A stretch of 64,000 nucleotides of DNA from the IMG/VR virus record IMGVR_UViG_3300008114_000040, positions 1-64,000 of that record, one strand, 5' to 3'. Both the position numbers and the translations under genes were made by a program. The number at the start of each line of letters is the position of its first letter. Positions within the stretch are counted from its first letter, which is position 1. This document shows, in pieces, positions 1 to 9,950 of this stretch. Under the pieces are notes generated by a model. The model made no database searches and was not told where the DNA came from. It worked only from the letters and a program-made list of their open reading frames with translations. Origin of the DNA: a virus.

Positions 1-831
1 CATATTTAAAATGGTGTCAATTACCTTTCTGTCCACTCTATGTTCAACAAATTCTTGTTCGTCGGTTAAGTGAACAATGATACATCCAAGTAATGGAATA
101 TTTTCATATTTGGTGCCCTTTAACATTTTAAGTAACAATTTCCCATATAAAGGTAACTGAGTATTGTAGTGACCTAAAGCATTATTTGGTAAGTATTTAA
201 AGGGGTCTCTCATTGGTTTTGTGAAATCGTTGGTTTCCATATTTTTCTTCTTATTTGTTTTATAATCCGTTATTATAAAACCGAAACCAGTTTTTTGTTT
301 GTTCATTATGATCCAACAGGTATCACCTTGCCCAACATAACCAAACTCCGGGTCACCCAATACGATTTCAGTATCAATTAATACCGCACCCCTTTCTTCC
401 ATTAATTTTAAAAATCTATATCCGGCTTTGATCATTCGGTCACCCTTCATAATCATATCCATATCACATTCGTAAATCGGTTGACGGACGACCTTTTTTA
501 GGTTATGTCTTTTTAATGTTTCAAGTTCCAATTCGTAATGGACTCTACTACCCATATTTGTTGAAATTCTACCAGATTCAGCCCATTCCTCCAATAATGT
601 TTGCATAACATATGGATCGCCCTTTGCTTTATTTCTGGCAGCTTCTTCGGTTGGAAACTCATCATAAAATAGTTTCATAACCTTTGACACTGATGGAAAA
701 TCCTTTCTCAACGTTCCATCCACGTCTGTCATTGTATACTCGTGACCTTCTTCTTCAAAAGTTAAATTTAACTCATTTCTTCTTTTGGATAAGATATTTC
801 TTATATCTTGGGCTATTTCTTTTAAATTCAT
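1..831 (-). CDS. PD-(D/E)XK (Cas4/RecB-like) exonuclease, 3' end runs off the window
   Basis: Not in the ORF track; translated by hand from ATG at 831, which overlaps the primase TGA as ATGA. Sequence: MNLKEIAQDIRNILSKRR...FPSVSKVM...MGSRVHYELE...TEIVLGDPEFGYVGQGD...ITDYKTNK...HYNTQLPLY. The G-x-x-x-H, D, DYK and QLxxY motifs are typical of phage exonucleases. Confidence 0.8.
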   Translation of the reverse strand, partial: MNLKEIAQDIRNILSKRRNELNLTFEEEGHEYTMTDVDGTLRKDFPSVSKVMKLFYDEFPTEEAARNKAKGDPYVMQTLLEEWAESGRISTNMGSRVHYELELETLKRHNLKKVVRQPIYECDMDMIMKGDRMIKAGYRFLKLMEERGAVLIDTEIVLGDPEFGYVGQGDTCWIIMNKQKTGFGFIITDYKTNKKKNMETNDFTKPMRDPFKYLPNNALGHYNTQLPLYGKLLLKMLKGTKYENIPLLGCIIVHLTDEQEFVEHRVDRKVIDTILNM

Positions 832-1748
832 TCTTTTTCTTCTATTAAATATTGATTAATTTCACCTCTGAGGTCACAAACGTCTTTGTCCTTTGGTAGT
901 TTCATTAGTTTTACCCTACCATATAATGTACCTCCGTTAAGTTTGTCATATATGTTTTTGGCATCCAAAAAAGCATCACCATCCAAACAAACAATAATAT
1001 CTTTTTTGGCTTTTGTATAAAGTTTTTCCCATAAGTTGTCATTTACATATTTTCCAAGTAAAGCAATTGAGTTATCCAAGAAAAATGAATCAAAAACACC
1101 TTCAACAAGGTATATATCTTTTTTCCAATCAATTAAACTTTCGTTAAATATAAGAAAATCTTTTGCGGCTTCTGGATTTTTGTATTTTAGTTTTGCTCTT
1201 GGGTTCCATGATCTTGATACAAAAAAGTTTAATTCACCTTTTTTATTAAATGACGGCACAATAACACGACCAGCGTAGTCACCTTCCATACAAATACCAA
1301 TTTTATACTTATCAATGATTTCTTGTGTGATACCTCTTTTTTTAAGGTAATTTAATGCTTCTTTTCTGGGTAAATGTAAAGGATGAATATCTTCAAAACG
1401 TTTATACTCTTTTGGTAGTTCTAACTTTTTGTACTCCTTTTGTTTTTTTTCAACCTTGTCTGGTCTGATGAGGTTATATGTTTTTTTATCTTTTTTGGAT
1501 CCGAATTGGTCTATTAATTTTCCTAAATGTCCGTGAGTTCCGTGTGTCTCCCCACAGGACCAGCAGTGGTAAATGTGATTAATATAATTTATTTCTAGAT
1601 TACCCTTACCGTCAGTTTTTGATAACCCTTTTATCTCATAGGAACAAACCGGACAATCAACAGAAATTTGACCACTATATTCATTTAAACTTTTGGGTTC
1701 ACCAAATATATTTTCAATAAGGTCAACTAGTAGTGACTCTTCTTTCAT
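828..1748 (-). CDS. DNA primase (Zn finger + TOPRIM)
   Basis: CPVC...HCWSCG zinc-binding motif, YLKKRGI, TOPRIM VEGVFD and CLDGDA, C-terminal KDV. Confidence 0.9.
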   Translation of the reverse strand: MKEESLLVDLIENIFGEPKSLNEYSGQISVDCPVCSYEIKGLSKTDGKGNLEINYINHIYHCWSCGETHGTHGHLGKLIDQFGSKKDKKTYNLIRPDKVEKKQKEYKKLELPKEYKRFEDIHPLHLPRKEALNYLKKRGITQEIIDKYKIGICMEGDYAGRVIVPSFNKKGELNFFVSRSWNPRAKLKYKNPEAAKDFLIFNESLIDWKKDIYLVEGVFDSFFLDNSIALLGKYVNDNLWEKLYTKAKKDIIVCLDGDAFLDAKNIYDKLNGGTLYGRVKLMKLPKDKDVCDLRGEINQYLIEEKE

Positions 1749-1788
1749 AAAGCTAAGTTAAGGAATAATAATTAAAAAAACAAATTTC

Positions 1789-2394
1789 TTACCAAATATT
1801 TTCTTGTTTCATATAACCCAACACGCAAGTGTATGAATCGGCCATATCAAAACACTCTTTTTTAAGTGTATTATTTTTGGTATATAACCATTTAATTTGA
1901 GGTTCTTTTTCGGATACTTTTTTCCAAATTATTTCTTTTTTATCAATATCTTTTGGAAGTCCACCAAATAAAACGTGTTTACCCTTATCGTTTTGTTGAA
2001 CAAGTTGTGGCCAAGCAAATTTTCTTGAATTATAAGTTGAAATAAAGGATGGGACAATACCCAAAATATCATAAATGGATTTTGTAATCATTGAATTATA
2101 TCTAAGTAAGGTACCGACAGTCCAAGTGTTGTTTGAGTTTAATAATGGTTCCTCAATTACCACACTTGTAATACCCAAATTGGTATACCCATAAAGTTTT
2201 TCTTCAAAAGCTTTAACTTTTAAAATGAGTTCTTCAATTTTATTCTCCGGTTTTGGTTTAATAACCGGTGAAAAATGTGTTAATTCCAATAACTCTTGTG
2301 ATTTAATATCAAAAAGTGCCCAACCAATTGTACGGGTTGAAACGTCCAATCCAAGAACTTTTGGTGAGTTCTTCAAATCCTTTTTTTCCGCCAT
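1789..2394 (-). CDS. RuvC-like Holliday junction resolvase
   Basis: VLGLDVSTRTIGWA, VVIEEP and DMADSY acidic RNase H-fold motifs. Confidence 0.75.
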   Translation of the reverse strand: MAEKKDLKNSPKVLGLDVSTRTIGWALFDIKSQELLELTHFSPVIKPKPENKIEELILKVKAFEEKLYGYTNLGITSVVIEEPLLNSNNTWTVGTLLRYNSMITKSIYDILGIVPSFISTYNSRKFAWPQLVQQNDKGKHVLFGGLPKDIDKKEIIWKKVSEKEPQIKWLYTKNNTLKKECFDMADSYTCVLGYMKQENIW

Positions 2395-2397
2395 AAT

Positions 2398-4605
2398 TTA
2401 AAAATCTAATTTAATAGGATACTGTTGAATTCCCTGTCTTTTTTGGGGTGACTGTATCTTAGATATAACCATAAGTTCTTTATCAGCATTGTAAAGTCCA
2501 ACTTCCGTAATATAAGGTGAAGTTGTTCCGTTCCATGTTGGATTTGATGAATCAAAAAACTGAGTTTGACCTAAGTTACATAAGAAATTCATAACATAAA
2601 TGGTTGCTTGAATGTCTGTTTGAATGTTACCAAAGAAATAATAGTCACCACCAAAATTAAAGGTCACGCCAGTTTGATTCAATACCGGAATATCCAAATA
2701 GTTCGTTAATTGATAAATTGGTGCTGTATCATACATATTTTTGGTAATCTGATATGTTACACCGGTTAAACTATTAAGGGTTAAATATCCTCCAGATGTT
2801 GTGGCGGAATATTGGTCTGAAATATTTATTTCTCTCCATTGTGTGGTGTCTGGTCTTGATGTTCCACTAGGTACTTTCTGAGCCAGTATTGTTATATCAT
2901 TGGCCGAAAAACCAGAAGGTGAAGTTCCAAATGTTGAGGTTAAAAATGGAAATTCGTTTCCAAATCTTATAATTATATCTGAAGGTCCAGGAAGTAAACT
3001 TTGATCATTACCTGAAATTGTTGTATAATAATTACAGTGGAGTGAATTTGTGAACGCCGAACTATTTAACCTATACGTTAAAAACAACGTTTCACTACTT
3101 CCACTAAGTAATCCGGTAGTTCCACCCAAAACACCATTGAATGTATTTGGTGTAACAAGTCCTAACTTTGGTGCTGGTAATGTCCAACTTCTATTTGATT
3201 TTGAATTTAGTGTTGCCACAATTTCTTCATCATCAAAAATAATCATTTTATAATCTGGAAACACTTTACCAACTCTATTTGGGTACCCATTTACATTAGC
3301 ATGTGTATCCCATAAATGATAGTATCTTAACCCAGGACTATTAAATTGAATATCTTTTTTACTTTTAATATAATGTACTTCAAACAAGTCCAATGATGTA
3401 AAACCAGATGGGTCCACATAAAAGTCCTCACCAATCGTACCATTTGGGTTTTTGTGCCACATTAACCATGGAATACTAAGTTTGAAATTTCTCGCTTGTC
3501 CGGTGTTTCCTGGGTTTGTCGGATCATAATCTTGCATAGCGAATTTTTCACCATAAAAATTATCAATGGATTGATTGGTGTAATGTACAATCGCAATGGC
3601 TTTTTGATCCACTGGTGGTACGATTATTTCTTCAGAAAAACTATTGTAGTAATAAACTCTATCAGTATCAGTTTGACCACCAGACTCATTATAACCAAAA
3701 TACTCTTTTGATCCACAATAACCGCTTGAAGCGTAAAAATTATAATCTTGATATGTCGTATTAAATATTCCAGCCGGTGATTCAGTCCACGGTGAATTCA
3801 TATTCCAAACTTTTACATCGGCTTGTGAAATGTCACAATTTGACTCAAAATTAAACGCGTCAGTATTCCAATAAGGTTCTGGGGTGTATGAATCATATAA
3901 TTCAGTCATACTAGATGGATAAAAAATCACACTACTATTTCCACTATAACCTAAAGATGTGAAATCCGGTAAATTTCTATCCACTTGAACCGTTATGGTT
4001 GAGCCAGTTGACGTGTCACCGGTAATTCCAACAACTACAAAAGTAAACATTGGTGAATTACCGCTTAAAGGTTGGATTGAGTTTTGGGTAAATAAAGTTA
4101 TGATTGATCCGACATTTGCAGTACCAGAAACTGATGGGTTAATGGAAGTTGCAGATAAAGTTAAAATGGTTCCAGATGTTAGAGTTGTGTTATCAACAAC
4201 AAAATTTGGGTTAATTGTGTATGCTGAAGTTGTAAGTAATGTAAAACCACTTACACTATTACCACTAAAAAATCCTCTAGGGGCGGCACTATTGTAAACG
4301 TTATCAATATAGGACGCATCAAAAGGAACCCCGTATGTTGCACCTGAAGTTGAATCCAAAAATAATGGATACTTAATATTCATTCTGTTTTTTTCGGGTA
4401 CCGGTGATAAGTTTTGTGAATTATCCTGTGGCATCAACACAAATGAATCATTTAAATTCATATTATTTATACAGTCATAACAAACTTCACTATCACCTAC
4501 TTGGAAGTAAGAAATATCAAACTTACCTTGTGATATTTTTTTTCTGGCAGCATCGGTTATTTTAGTATTAATTAGTGCTGCGGTATTTTTGATTATGTAT
4601 GACAT
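2398..4605 (-). CDS. Virion baseplate/tail-fibre attachment protein (tail-collar-fibre-like termini)
   Basis: N-terminal ITDAARKKIS..ISYFQVGD and C-terminal ITEVGLYNADKELMVISK resemble the two halves of the P2 gpH N-terminal/DUF3751 module. Thr/Ser/Gly-rich interior; last gene of the structural block. Confidence 0.55.
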   Translation of the reverse strand: MSYIIKNTAALINTKITDAARKKISQGKFDISYFQVGDSEVCYDCINNMNLNDSFVLMPQDNSQNLSPVPEKNRMNIKYPLFLDSTSGATYGVPFDASYIDNVYNSAAPRGFFSGNSVSGFTLLTTSAYTINPNFVVDNTTLTSGTILTLSATSINPSVSGTANVGSIITLFTQNSIQPLSGNSPMFTFVVVGITGDTSTGSTITVQVDRNLPDFTSLGYSGNSSVIFYPSSMTELYDSYTPEPYWNTDAFNFESNCDISQADVKVWNMNSPWTESPAGIFNTTYQDYNFYASSGYCGSKEYFGYNESGGQTDTDRVYYYNSFSEEIIVPPVDQKAIAIVHYTNQSIDNFYGEKFAMQDYDPTNPGNTGQARNFKLSIPWLMWHKNPNGTIGEDFYVDPSGFTSLDLFEVHYIKSKKDIQFNSPGLRYYHLWDTHANVNGYPNRVGKVFPDYKMIIFDDEEIVATLNSKSNRSWTLPAPKLGLVTPNTFNGVLGGTTGLLSGSSETLFLTYRLNSSAFTNSLHCNYYTTISGNDQSLLPGPSDIIIRFGNEFPFLTSTFGTSPSGFSANDITILAQKVPSGTSRPDTTQWREINISDQYSATTSGGYLTLNSLTGVTYQITKNMYDTAPIYQLTNYLDIPVLNQTGVTFNFGGDYYFFGNIQTDIQATIYVMNFLCNLGQTQFFDSSNPTWNGTTSPYITEVGLYNADKELMVISKIQSPQKRQGIQQYPIKLDF

Positions 4606-4609
4606 ATAA

Positions 4610-4617
4610 TATAAATA
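4610..4617 (-). promoter_or_regulatory. Recurrent TATTTAT(A) upstream motif (representative copy), putative phage late promoter
   Basis: The same motif lies ~4-35 nt before starts at 12777, 15791, 16859, 26086, 34521, 36895, 42838, 46595, 49789 and 62256 (plus-strand ATAAATA). Confidence 0.55.
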
Positions 4618-4631
4618 TAATTATTAGTATT

Positions 4632-6254
4632 TTATGCAAGTGCGCTTAATCCGGCTCCAGTATTACCTGTTTTATAAAACTCATAAGTTATTGGCTGGAC
4701 TGCACTATTTAAGTATGAACAATCGGAAGGGGTTAAATTTTGGTTAGTCATACCAAATACATTTTTAATTCCAGCATTTAATCCACATCTGTGTTTCTCA
4801 TATGAAACACTAGGTGTTTTAAGTTGTTGTGTTAACGTTCCGACGATTGTTGCGTTACCGGTAATACTTCCTTGATAATTTTGTGTGTACGCCGTTGTGT
4901 TTATGTCAGTATTTCTACATGGTAAAGATTTAGGTGTTGTTACTATTTGAGGTGTACTAGTGCTTGTAGGACCTAACATAGATGCAACACCATTGGTTGC
5001 GAACGATAAAGTTTGTGTTTGATTTGTTTGAACTATTGGACTATAAAATGTTGTTGTATTTCCAGTAAGTAAATTATTTAAAAATAGAACAAAGTCCAAT
5101 GTTTTATTATTTGGTAGTGCGGGTGAAACTTCAATTTTAAACGTATATGTTCTAGTTTCTGTATCACCGACCACTGTGGTATTTTGTGTTAATGGTGTTA
5201 AATTTATTGAATAATTTTGAAAAGTTTCTTCAGGTGTTAGTGTGGTTGATAATGGCGTAATAGTATTATTTGTATCTTTAACATAAAAAGTATAATTTCC
5301 AGAACCTAGACCGGCAAAAACATTACTTACTTGGTAATTAACCCCATCTATTGAATATTCATAAGGTGGGATACCTCCTATTGAGTATAACCACACTGAA
5401 CCATCATTTGTAATATTACAAGAAGGGTTTGTTGGTGATAAATCTAAACGCAGAGGTGGTGCTGTACATATACCTTCTATAATACTTAAAGAACCATAAT
5501 AGGATCCTAAAATAGTCCAACTACCTATTGGTGGTGGTGTTGGGTTAATAAATACTGGTTCACCACTACTGAATGTCCAATTAGATATTTCCCATCTAGT
5601 ATTACCAGTATTATAATATATAACAATAGACGATGTGTTGGCAGTCCATGACGGGTAACCATTTATTGTGTTACCTGAACTTAATTGTACTGATGTAAGT
5701 GTTTTACCGTCACTATACGATAAACATAAATTTTCTGGATAAACTGGTGGTGGTGTTGGTTCTGGTAAACAATCTTGACAGGTGTCATAAGGACCAGAAG
5801 ATATTTCAGCAAACGAATTAAGATATGTTTGACCTGTATATGTTGTAATACCACTATTAACCCAGCATCCAGTTTGTGTTGTTAACTCATATGTTTTTCC
5901 AGTGGTGAATATTGAGGGTAGGTCGGCTAAATAATAAATTTTATTACTATTTTCACAATTTTCAAACTCTTGTAAGTAAAAAGTTTCAAATCCTACCGTA
6001 CAAGTCGTTGTTGCCGTAAAATCACCATAATAATCAACCACTGTTGCGGTATACTCACCTGGACCTAAATTTTTTATTAAAGTACCCTGAGAACCGTTAT
6101 TCCAACTTACGTGATAGGGTGAAGTTCCTCCAGTAATATATAAAGCCACAATACCATTTGTGGCGTCTGGTGTTGTGGCGTCAATACTGTCACAATCTAA
6201 ACCCAAAGGTAAGAGTGTTATTATATTACAACTATTTCCACTTAATTGACCCAT
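4632..6254 (-). CDS. SprB-repeat-containing virion/adhesin protein
   Basis: Two SprB-type repeats (GGTSPYHVSWNNG...NLGPGEYTATVVDYYG; NPSC...GGIPPYEYSIDG...GLGSGNYTFYVKD), Cys-rich segments and short PTPPP linkers. Confidence 0.65.
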   Translation of the reverse strand: MGQLSGNSCNIITLLPLGLDCDSIDATTPDATNGIVALYITGGTSPYHVSWNNGSQGTLIKNLGPGEYTATVVDYYGDFTATTTCTVGFETFYLQEFENCENSNKIYYLADLPSIFTTGKTYELTTQTGCWVNSGITTYTGQTYLNSFAEISSGPYDTCQDCLPEPTPPPVYPENLCLSYSDGKTLTSVQLSSGNTINGYPSWTANTSSIVIYYNTGNTRWEISNWTFSSGEPVFINPTPPPIGSWTILGSYYGSLSIIEGICTAPPLRLDLSPTNPSCNITNDGSVWLYSIGGIPPYEYSIDGVNYQVSNVFAGLGSGNYTFYVKDTNNTITPLSTTLTPEETFQNYSINLTPLTQNTTVVGDTETRTYTFKIEVSPALPNNKTLDFVLFLNNLLTGNTTTFYSPIVQTNQTQTLSFATNGVASMLGPTSTSTPQIVTTPKSLPCRNTDINTTAYTQNYQGSITGNATIVGTLTQQLKTPSVSYEKHRCGLNAGIKNVFGMTNQNLTPSDCSYLNSAVQPITYEFYKTGNTGAGLSALA

Positions 6255-6475
6255 TAAATTTCTTCTTTATTAATTATTGTTCTTGTTCCTCCACTGAATA
6301 ATAATATTTCATTTTCATTCAAAGGGTAGTAATATGTTATTTTTAATTCATCAATTTTATCAAAACATTCTTCTTGTGTATTTCCTTCAAAAATTTGATG
6401 AGGTGTTGCGGTTATTCCATTTGTTTCAAACAAATCAATAACTTCTGTATTTGTATATATTAGTCTCCAAATCAT
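6254..6475 (-). CDS. Small hypothetical protein (possible fibre chaperone)
   Basis: The ORF track starts it at 6496, but ATG at 6475 (MIWRLIY) is coupled TAATG to the upstream stop and is the more likely start. Its own stop is coupled to the next start at 6254. Confidence 0.6.
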   Translation of the reverse strand: MIWRLIYTNTEVIDLFETNGITATPHQIFEGNTQEECFDKIDELKITYYYPLNENEILLFSGGTRTIINKEEI

Positions 6476-8199
6476 TATGAATGTGTTATTGTCCAATTAT
6501 AGGGTGAACCTGTTAAAAAATTTCTTGCTGCAATCCCATCATAACCACCTGAACTATAGTTTGGTGCCTCATTTGTTCCTCCAATATTTAAATTAATATT
6601 AGACCATCCTGTTGGGTTATATGTTGCATTTCCACTAAAATCAACTAATATGTGATTTACGGTATCGGCAGACATTCCATTATCTCTTAAAGATATTCTC
6701 GGATTTCCTTGTGTTGTACCAGATAATAATGTTGCACCAGATAATGGTGTAAAATCAATATAATCTAGATTACAACTATGTAATGCAAAAGTACCGCCAC
6801 CTTCATTATTTTGAGAATTTTTAAAAAATTGATTTGAATTTGGAAAAATAATATTTGTTAAATTTGTATTTGAATGTAACCTTACAACACCTTGAACTAT
6901 CGCACTGGTTGGACCACCTAACCTTGTTAAAAGTGATAAATCCAATGTTCCGGTTAAATTACAACTATGTGCCTGATAAACTCCAAAATTCCTTAATGAT
7001 ACCGAATGTGTTATACTTGTTAAACCACTATTACTAAAGACCCTAAAGTCACCACCTAACCCAGATAATGGTGTTAAATCTAAATTTCCTGTTAGGTTAC
7101 AACCATTTGCTTCGTATTTAAAAAAATTTTGTGACGATATTGAATGTGTTATACCAGTTAAATTTATATTACCAAGAACTTGAAAATCACCACCCAATCC
7201 GGATAATGGAGTTAAATCCAAATTTCCGGTTAGATTACAAAAAAATGCGTAATAACTTGAAAAATTCCGTGATGATGGTGTATGTGTTATTCCAGTTAGG
7301 TTGGTATTATTTTGAACTAGGAATTGACCGCCCAATCCAGAAAAAGGTAAATTTAGATTTCCAGTTAAATTACAGGTGTTAACATTATAAAGTGTAAAAA
7401 TTTGCGATGATGGTGAATGGGTTATTCCTGTTAATTTGTTATGTCCTTGTACTTGAAAAGTGCCACCTAAACCGGATAATGGTGTTAAATCTAAATTTCC
7501 GGTTAGGTCACAAAGATATGCTTGGTATGTTGTAAAATTTTGTGATGATGGTGCGTGTGTAATATTAGTTAAGCCACTATTGCTGTAAACATTAAAAGTA
7601 CCTCCTAAACCAGATAATGATGTTAAATCTAAATTTCCAGTTAGGTTACAATTATTTGCAACATAGTTGGTAAAAACCCCTGACGATGGTGAATGGGTTA
7701 TTCCTGTTAAATTTAAGTTATTATTAACCCTAAAATTACCTCCTAATCCAGATAGTGGTGTTAAATCTAAATTTCCTATTAAATTACAATAATCAATTCG
7801 GTAATTTTGAAACGTATTACTACTAGATGGATTTGTTATTCCGGTTAAATTTATGTTGTTATTTAGTGCTATAGTAGTATTATTCGCTAAACTAGTTAAT
7901 CCAGATAAATTAATATGACCAAATAAATTGTCGTCATCTAAGGTAAAATTATTTAACCCCCTAAAACTATTACCTCTCATTTGAATGGTCCGTATTCCAG
8001 GGTCTGAAGTAAATCCAGTATAAGTTAATGAAATACCTGCCGTTTGAGTAATATTAGAACCATTATCCAGTCTCCAAGAAACCCTTCTTGATCCACTACT
8101 AAACGCAACTACTGGGTCAAAAGAAGATGTTGAACCACTCTTTTGAATGGTTAGTACTTGTCCTATATTATTTCTTGATGTAAATTGTTGCCTACTCAT
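6475..8199 (-). CDS. Leucine-rich-repeat-like protein, putative receptor-binding appendage
   Basis: About 6-7 tandem ~49-aa repeats, CNLTGNLDLTPLSGLGGxFxVxxNxxLTGITHSxSSxxFxxY. Confidence 0.7.
   Translation of the reverse strand: MSRQQFTSRNNIGQVLTIQKSGSTSSFDPVVAFSSGSRRVSWRLDNGSNITQTAGISLTYTGFTSDPGIRTIQMRGNSFRGLNNFTLDDDNLFGHINLSGLTSLANNTTIALNNNINLTGITNPSSSNTFQNYRIDYCNLIGNLDLTPLSGLGGNFRVNNNLNLTGITHSPSSGVFTNYVANNCNLTGNLDLTSLSGLGGTFNVYSNSGLTNITHAPSSQNFTTYQAYLCDLTGNLDLTPLSGLGGTFQVQGHNKLTGITHSPSSQIFTLYNVNTCNLTGNLNLPFSGLGGQFLVQNNTNLTGITHTPSSRNFSSYYAFFCNLTGNLDLTPLSGLGGDFQVLGNINLTGITHSISSQNFFKYEANGCNLTGNLDLTPLSGLGGDFRVFSNSGLTSITHSVSLRNFGVYQAHSCNLTGTLDLSLLTRLGGPTSAIVQGVVRLHSNTNLTNIIFPNSNQFFKNSQNNEGGGTFALHSCNLDYIDFTPLSGATLLSGTTQGNPRISLRDNGMSADTVNHILVDFSGNATYNPTGWSNINLNIGGTNEAPNYSSGGYDGIAARNFLTGSPYNWTITHS
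6930..7860 (-). repeat. Tandem ~147-bp coding repeats (LRR units)
   Basis: Recurrent plus-strand block 'gataatggtgttaaatctaaatttcc(t/g)gttag' near 7063, 7202, 7475, 7612 and 7751. Boundaries approximate. Confidence 0.8.
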
Positions 8200-8209
8200 A
8201 AATTAATTT

Positions 8210-9076
8210 TTAAGAATAATCATTACCGACCGTCCAATACATTACTGAACCATTATATGTAAATGTTAAAATATCAGTTGCGCTTGCGTTGGATGTTAAT
8301 ATGATAGTTCCACCACCTCCGTTAGCGACTCTATGTGTACCACTACCACCATTAACATTACCTAAACTTAATGTTCTTCCACCAACACCATCTTGTGTTA
8401 CAATTAAAGTTCCGTACTCACCATTCCTTACACCAGTTAATGATAGTGTTGTGTTTGCCGTTAATGTAACTTGATAGTTTGTACTTAAACCAGAAACGTT
8501 CCAGTTAAATGAAGTTCCGGTTGAACCGATGTTGTTATATGAATTAATAGGTGATGTTATTCCGGTAACAGATATTGTGTAATTTCCGTCATTATTAACT
8601 AAACCTATGTTAGTTCCTGCGGTTAACCCACTTACAGGTAAATTCTGATAAGTTGTTGCCGATATTGTATTTGTACTTAAACCATTTGTAAATGATGTTG
8701 TTCCACTTACTGTTCCTCCGGTAAATGTTCCACCTCCTGTCGGTGTTTGCCAACTGGCATTTCCATTACCATCTGACGTTAAAACGTATCCGTTTGTTGC
8801 ACCAGATGTCATTTGGAAATTTGTTGTTATTGTTTTTCCAGAAATTTTAACTTCATTTCCTGCCGCAAATATTAGATTACTTCTATTGTTATTATCTGTA
8901 CCATTACCTAAAATAAACGCACCTTGTGTTGTGTCACCGGTCACGTTCCACATTCCTTGTGCGTGTTGGTAATCGCCATTTGTTACTGTTCCGTATCCTT
9001 CGGCGTGAGAATAATCACCAAACGCAGTCGTAAAACCTCCTTCAACGTGTTGATTCACCTTCACTATGTGACACAT
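8210..9076 (-). CDS. C-terminal part of a tail fibre (frameshifted continuation of 9042..10811)
   Basis: Continues the 14-aa SHAEG repeat (HVEGGFTTAFGDYSHAEG), then GNGTDNNNRSN, GYVLTSDGNGNASWQ and a fibre-tip domain (VTLTANTTL...IVTQDGVGGRTL...DILTF). Confidence 0.65.
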   Translation of the reverse strand: MCHIVKVNQHVEGGFTTAFGDYSHAEGYGTVTNGDYQHAQGMWNVTGDTTQGAFILGNGTDNNNRSNLIFAAGNEVKISGKTITTNFQMTSGATNGYVLTSDGNGNASWQTPTGGGTFTGGTVSGTTSFTNGLSTNTISATTYQNLPVSGLTAGTNIGLVNNDGNYTISVTGITSPINSYNNIGSTGTSFNWNVSGLSTNYQVTLTANTTLSLTGVRNGEYGTLIVTQDGVGGRTLSLGNVNGGSGTHRVANGGGGTIILTSNASATDILTFTYNGSVMYWTVGNDYS

Positions 9077-9950
9077 TACCTAATGCTTTTGTGTCATTAC
9101 CTTCAGCGTGTGAAGTTGTCCCACTGGCGGTTGTGAATGAACCTTCAGCATGAGAACCATTACCTAATGCTTTTGTGTTACTCCCTTCGGAATGTGAGGT
9201 AGTACCTAACGCTGTTGTTAATTGTCCTTCACTATGTGACACATTACCTAATGCCTTTGTGAGGGCTCCTTCAGCATGAGAACCATTACCTAATGCTGTT
9301 GTGTATGAGCCCTCAGCATGTGATTGAATACCTATTGCTGTTGTACTAACACCTTCAGCATGTGATGCGTAACCTAATGTGGTACCACCACTATAGTAAT
9401 CAAAACCATCATAATACCCACCTTCTGCGTGTGAACCAGAACTAATTGCGTTTGAGAATAGTCCTTCCGCATGAGATGAAAACCCCACCGCCACTGAACT
9501 ATAACCTTCAGCATGAGTACTTTGATTTATGGTGGTTGTACTCATACCTTCAGCGTGTGAATAAAACCCAGATGCCGTGGTACTAGTACCTTCGGAGTGT
9601 GAAGCATTACCCAGTGCTTTAGTGTTAATACCTTCGGAATGTGAGGTAGTACCGAACGCTGTAGTGCTTGACCCTTCACTATGTGAACGTAACCCTATCG
9701 CTTTTGTTAACTGTCCCTCGGAATGAGAATAAGTCCCCCACGCGGTCGTATTCCATCCTTCAGCGTGTGATGCATCACCAACTGAAGTGGTTTGTCTACC
9801 CTCAGTATGTGAGTTGGTACCATATGATTTAGTATAAAAACCAGAACTTGTTGAAACATCACCTAGAGCAACTGAGTAATACCCGGAAGCAGTTGAGGCA
9901 TAACCAAGCGTCACTGTACTTATACCTCTAGAATGTGAATAATCTGTTGT
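8960..9950 (-). repeat. 42-bp-period coding repeat array (SHAEG beta-roll)
   Basis: Recurrent 'ccttc(a/g)gc(a/g)tg(t/a)ga' on the plus strand at ~42-nt spacing. Boundaries approximate. Confidence 0.8.

Noticed and set aside
1-831. Cas4 as part of a CRISPR-Cas locus
   Set aside because: It is a stand-alone PD-(D/E)XK nuclease coupled to primase, with no cas1/cas2 or array visible.
9042-9044. Stop-codon reassignment or read-through as the explanation for split genes
   Set aside because: Reading through the TGA gives non-repeat sequence and another TGA within a few codons; the repeat continues in a different frame. All other genes are intact in the standard code.
6930-9950. Regularly spaced repeats that might be a CRISPR array or DGR template/variable repeats
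   Set aside because: The repeats are in-frame, degenerate coding repeats (147-bp and 42-bp period). There are no unique spacers, no adenine-specific mismatch pair, and no reverse transcriptase or cas operon in the window.
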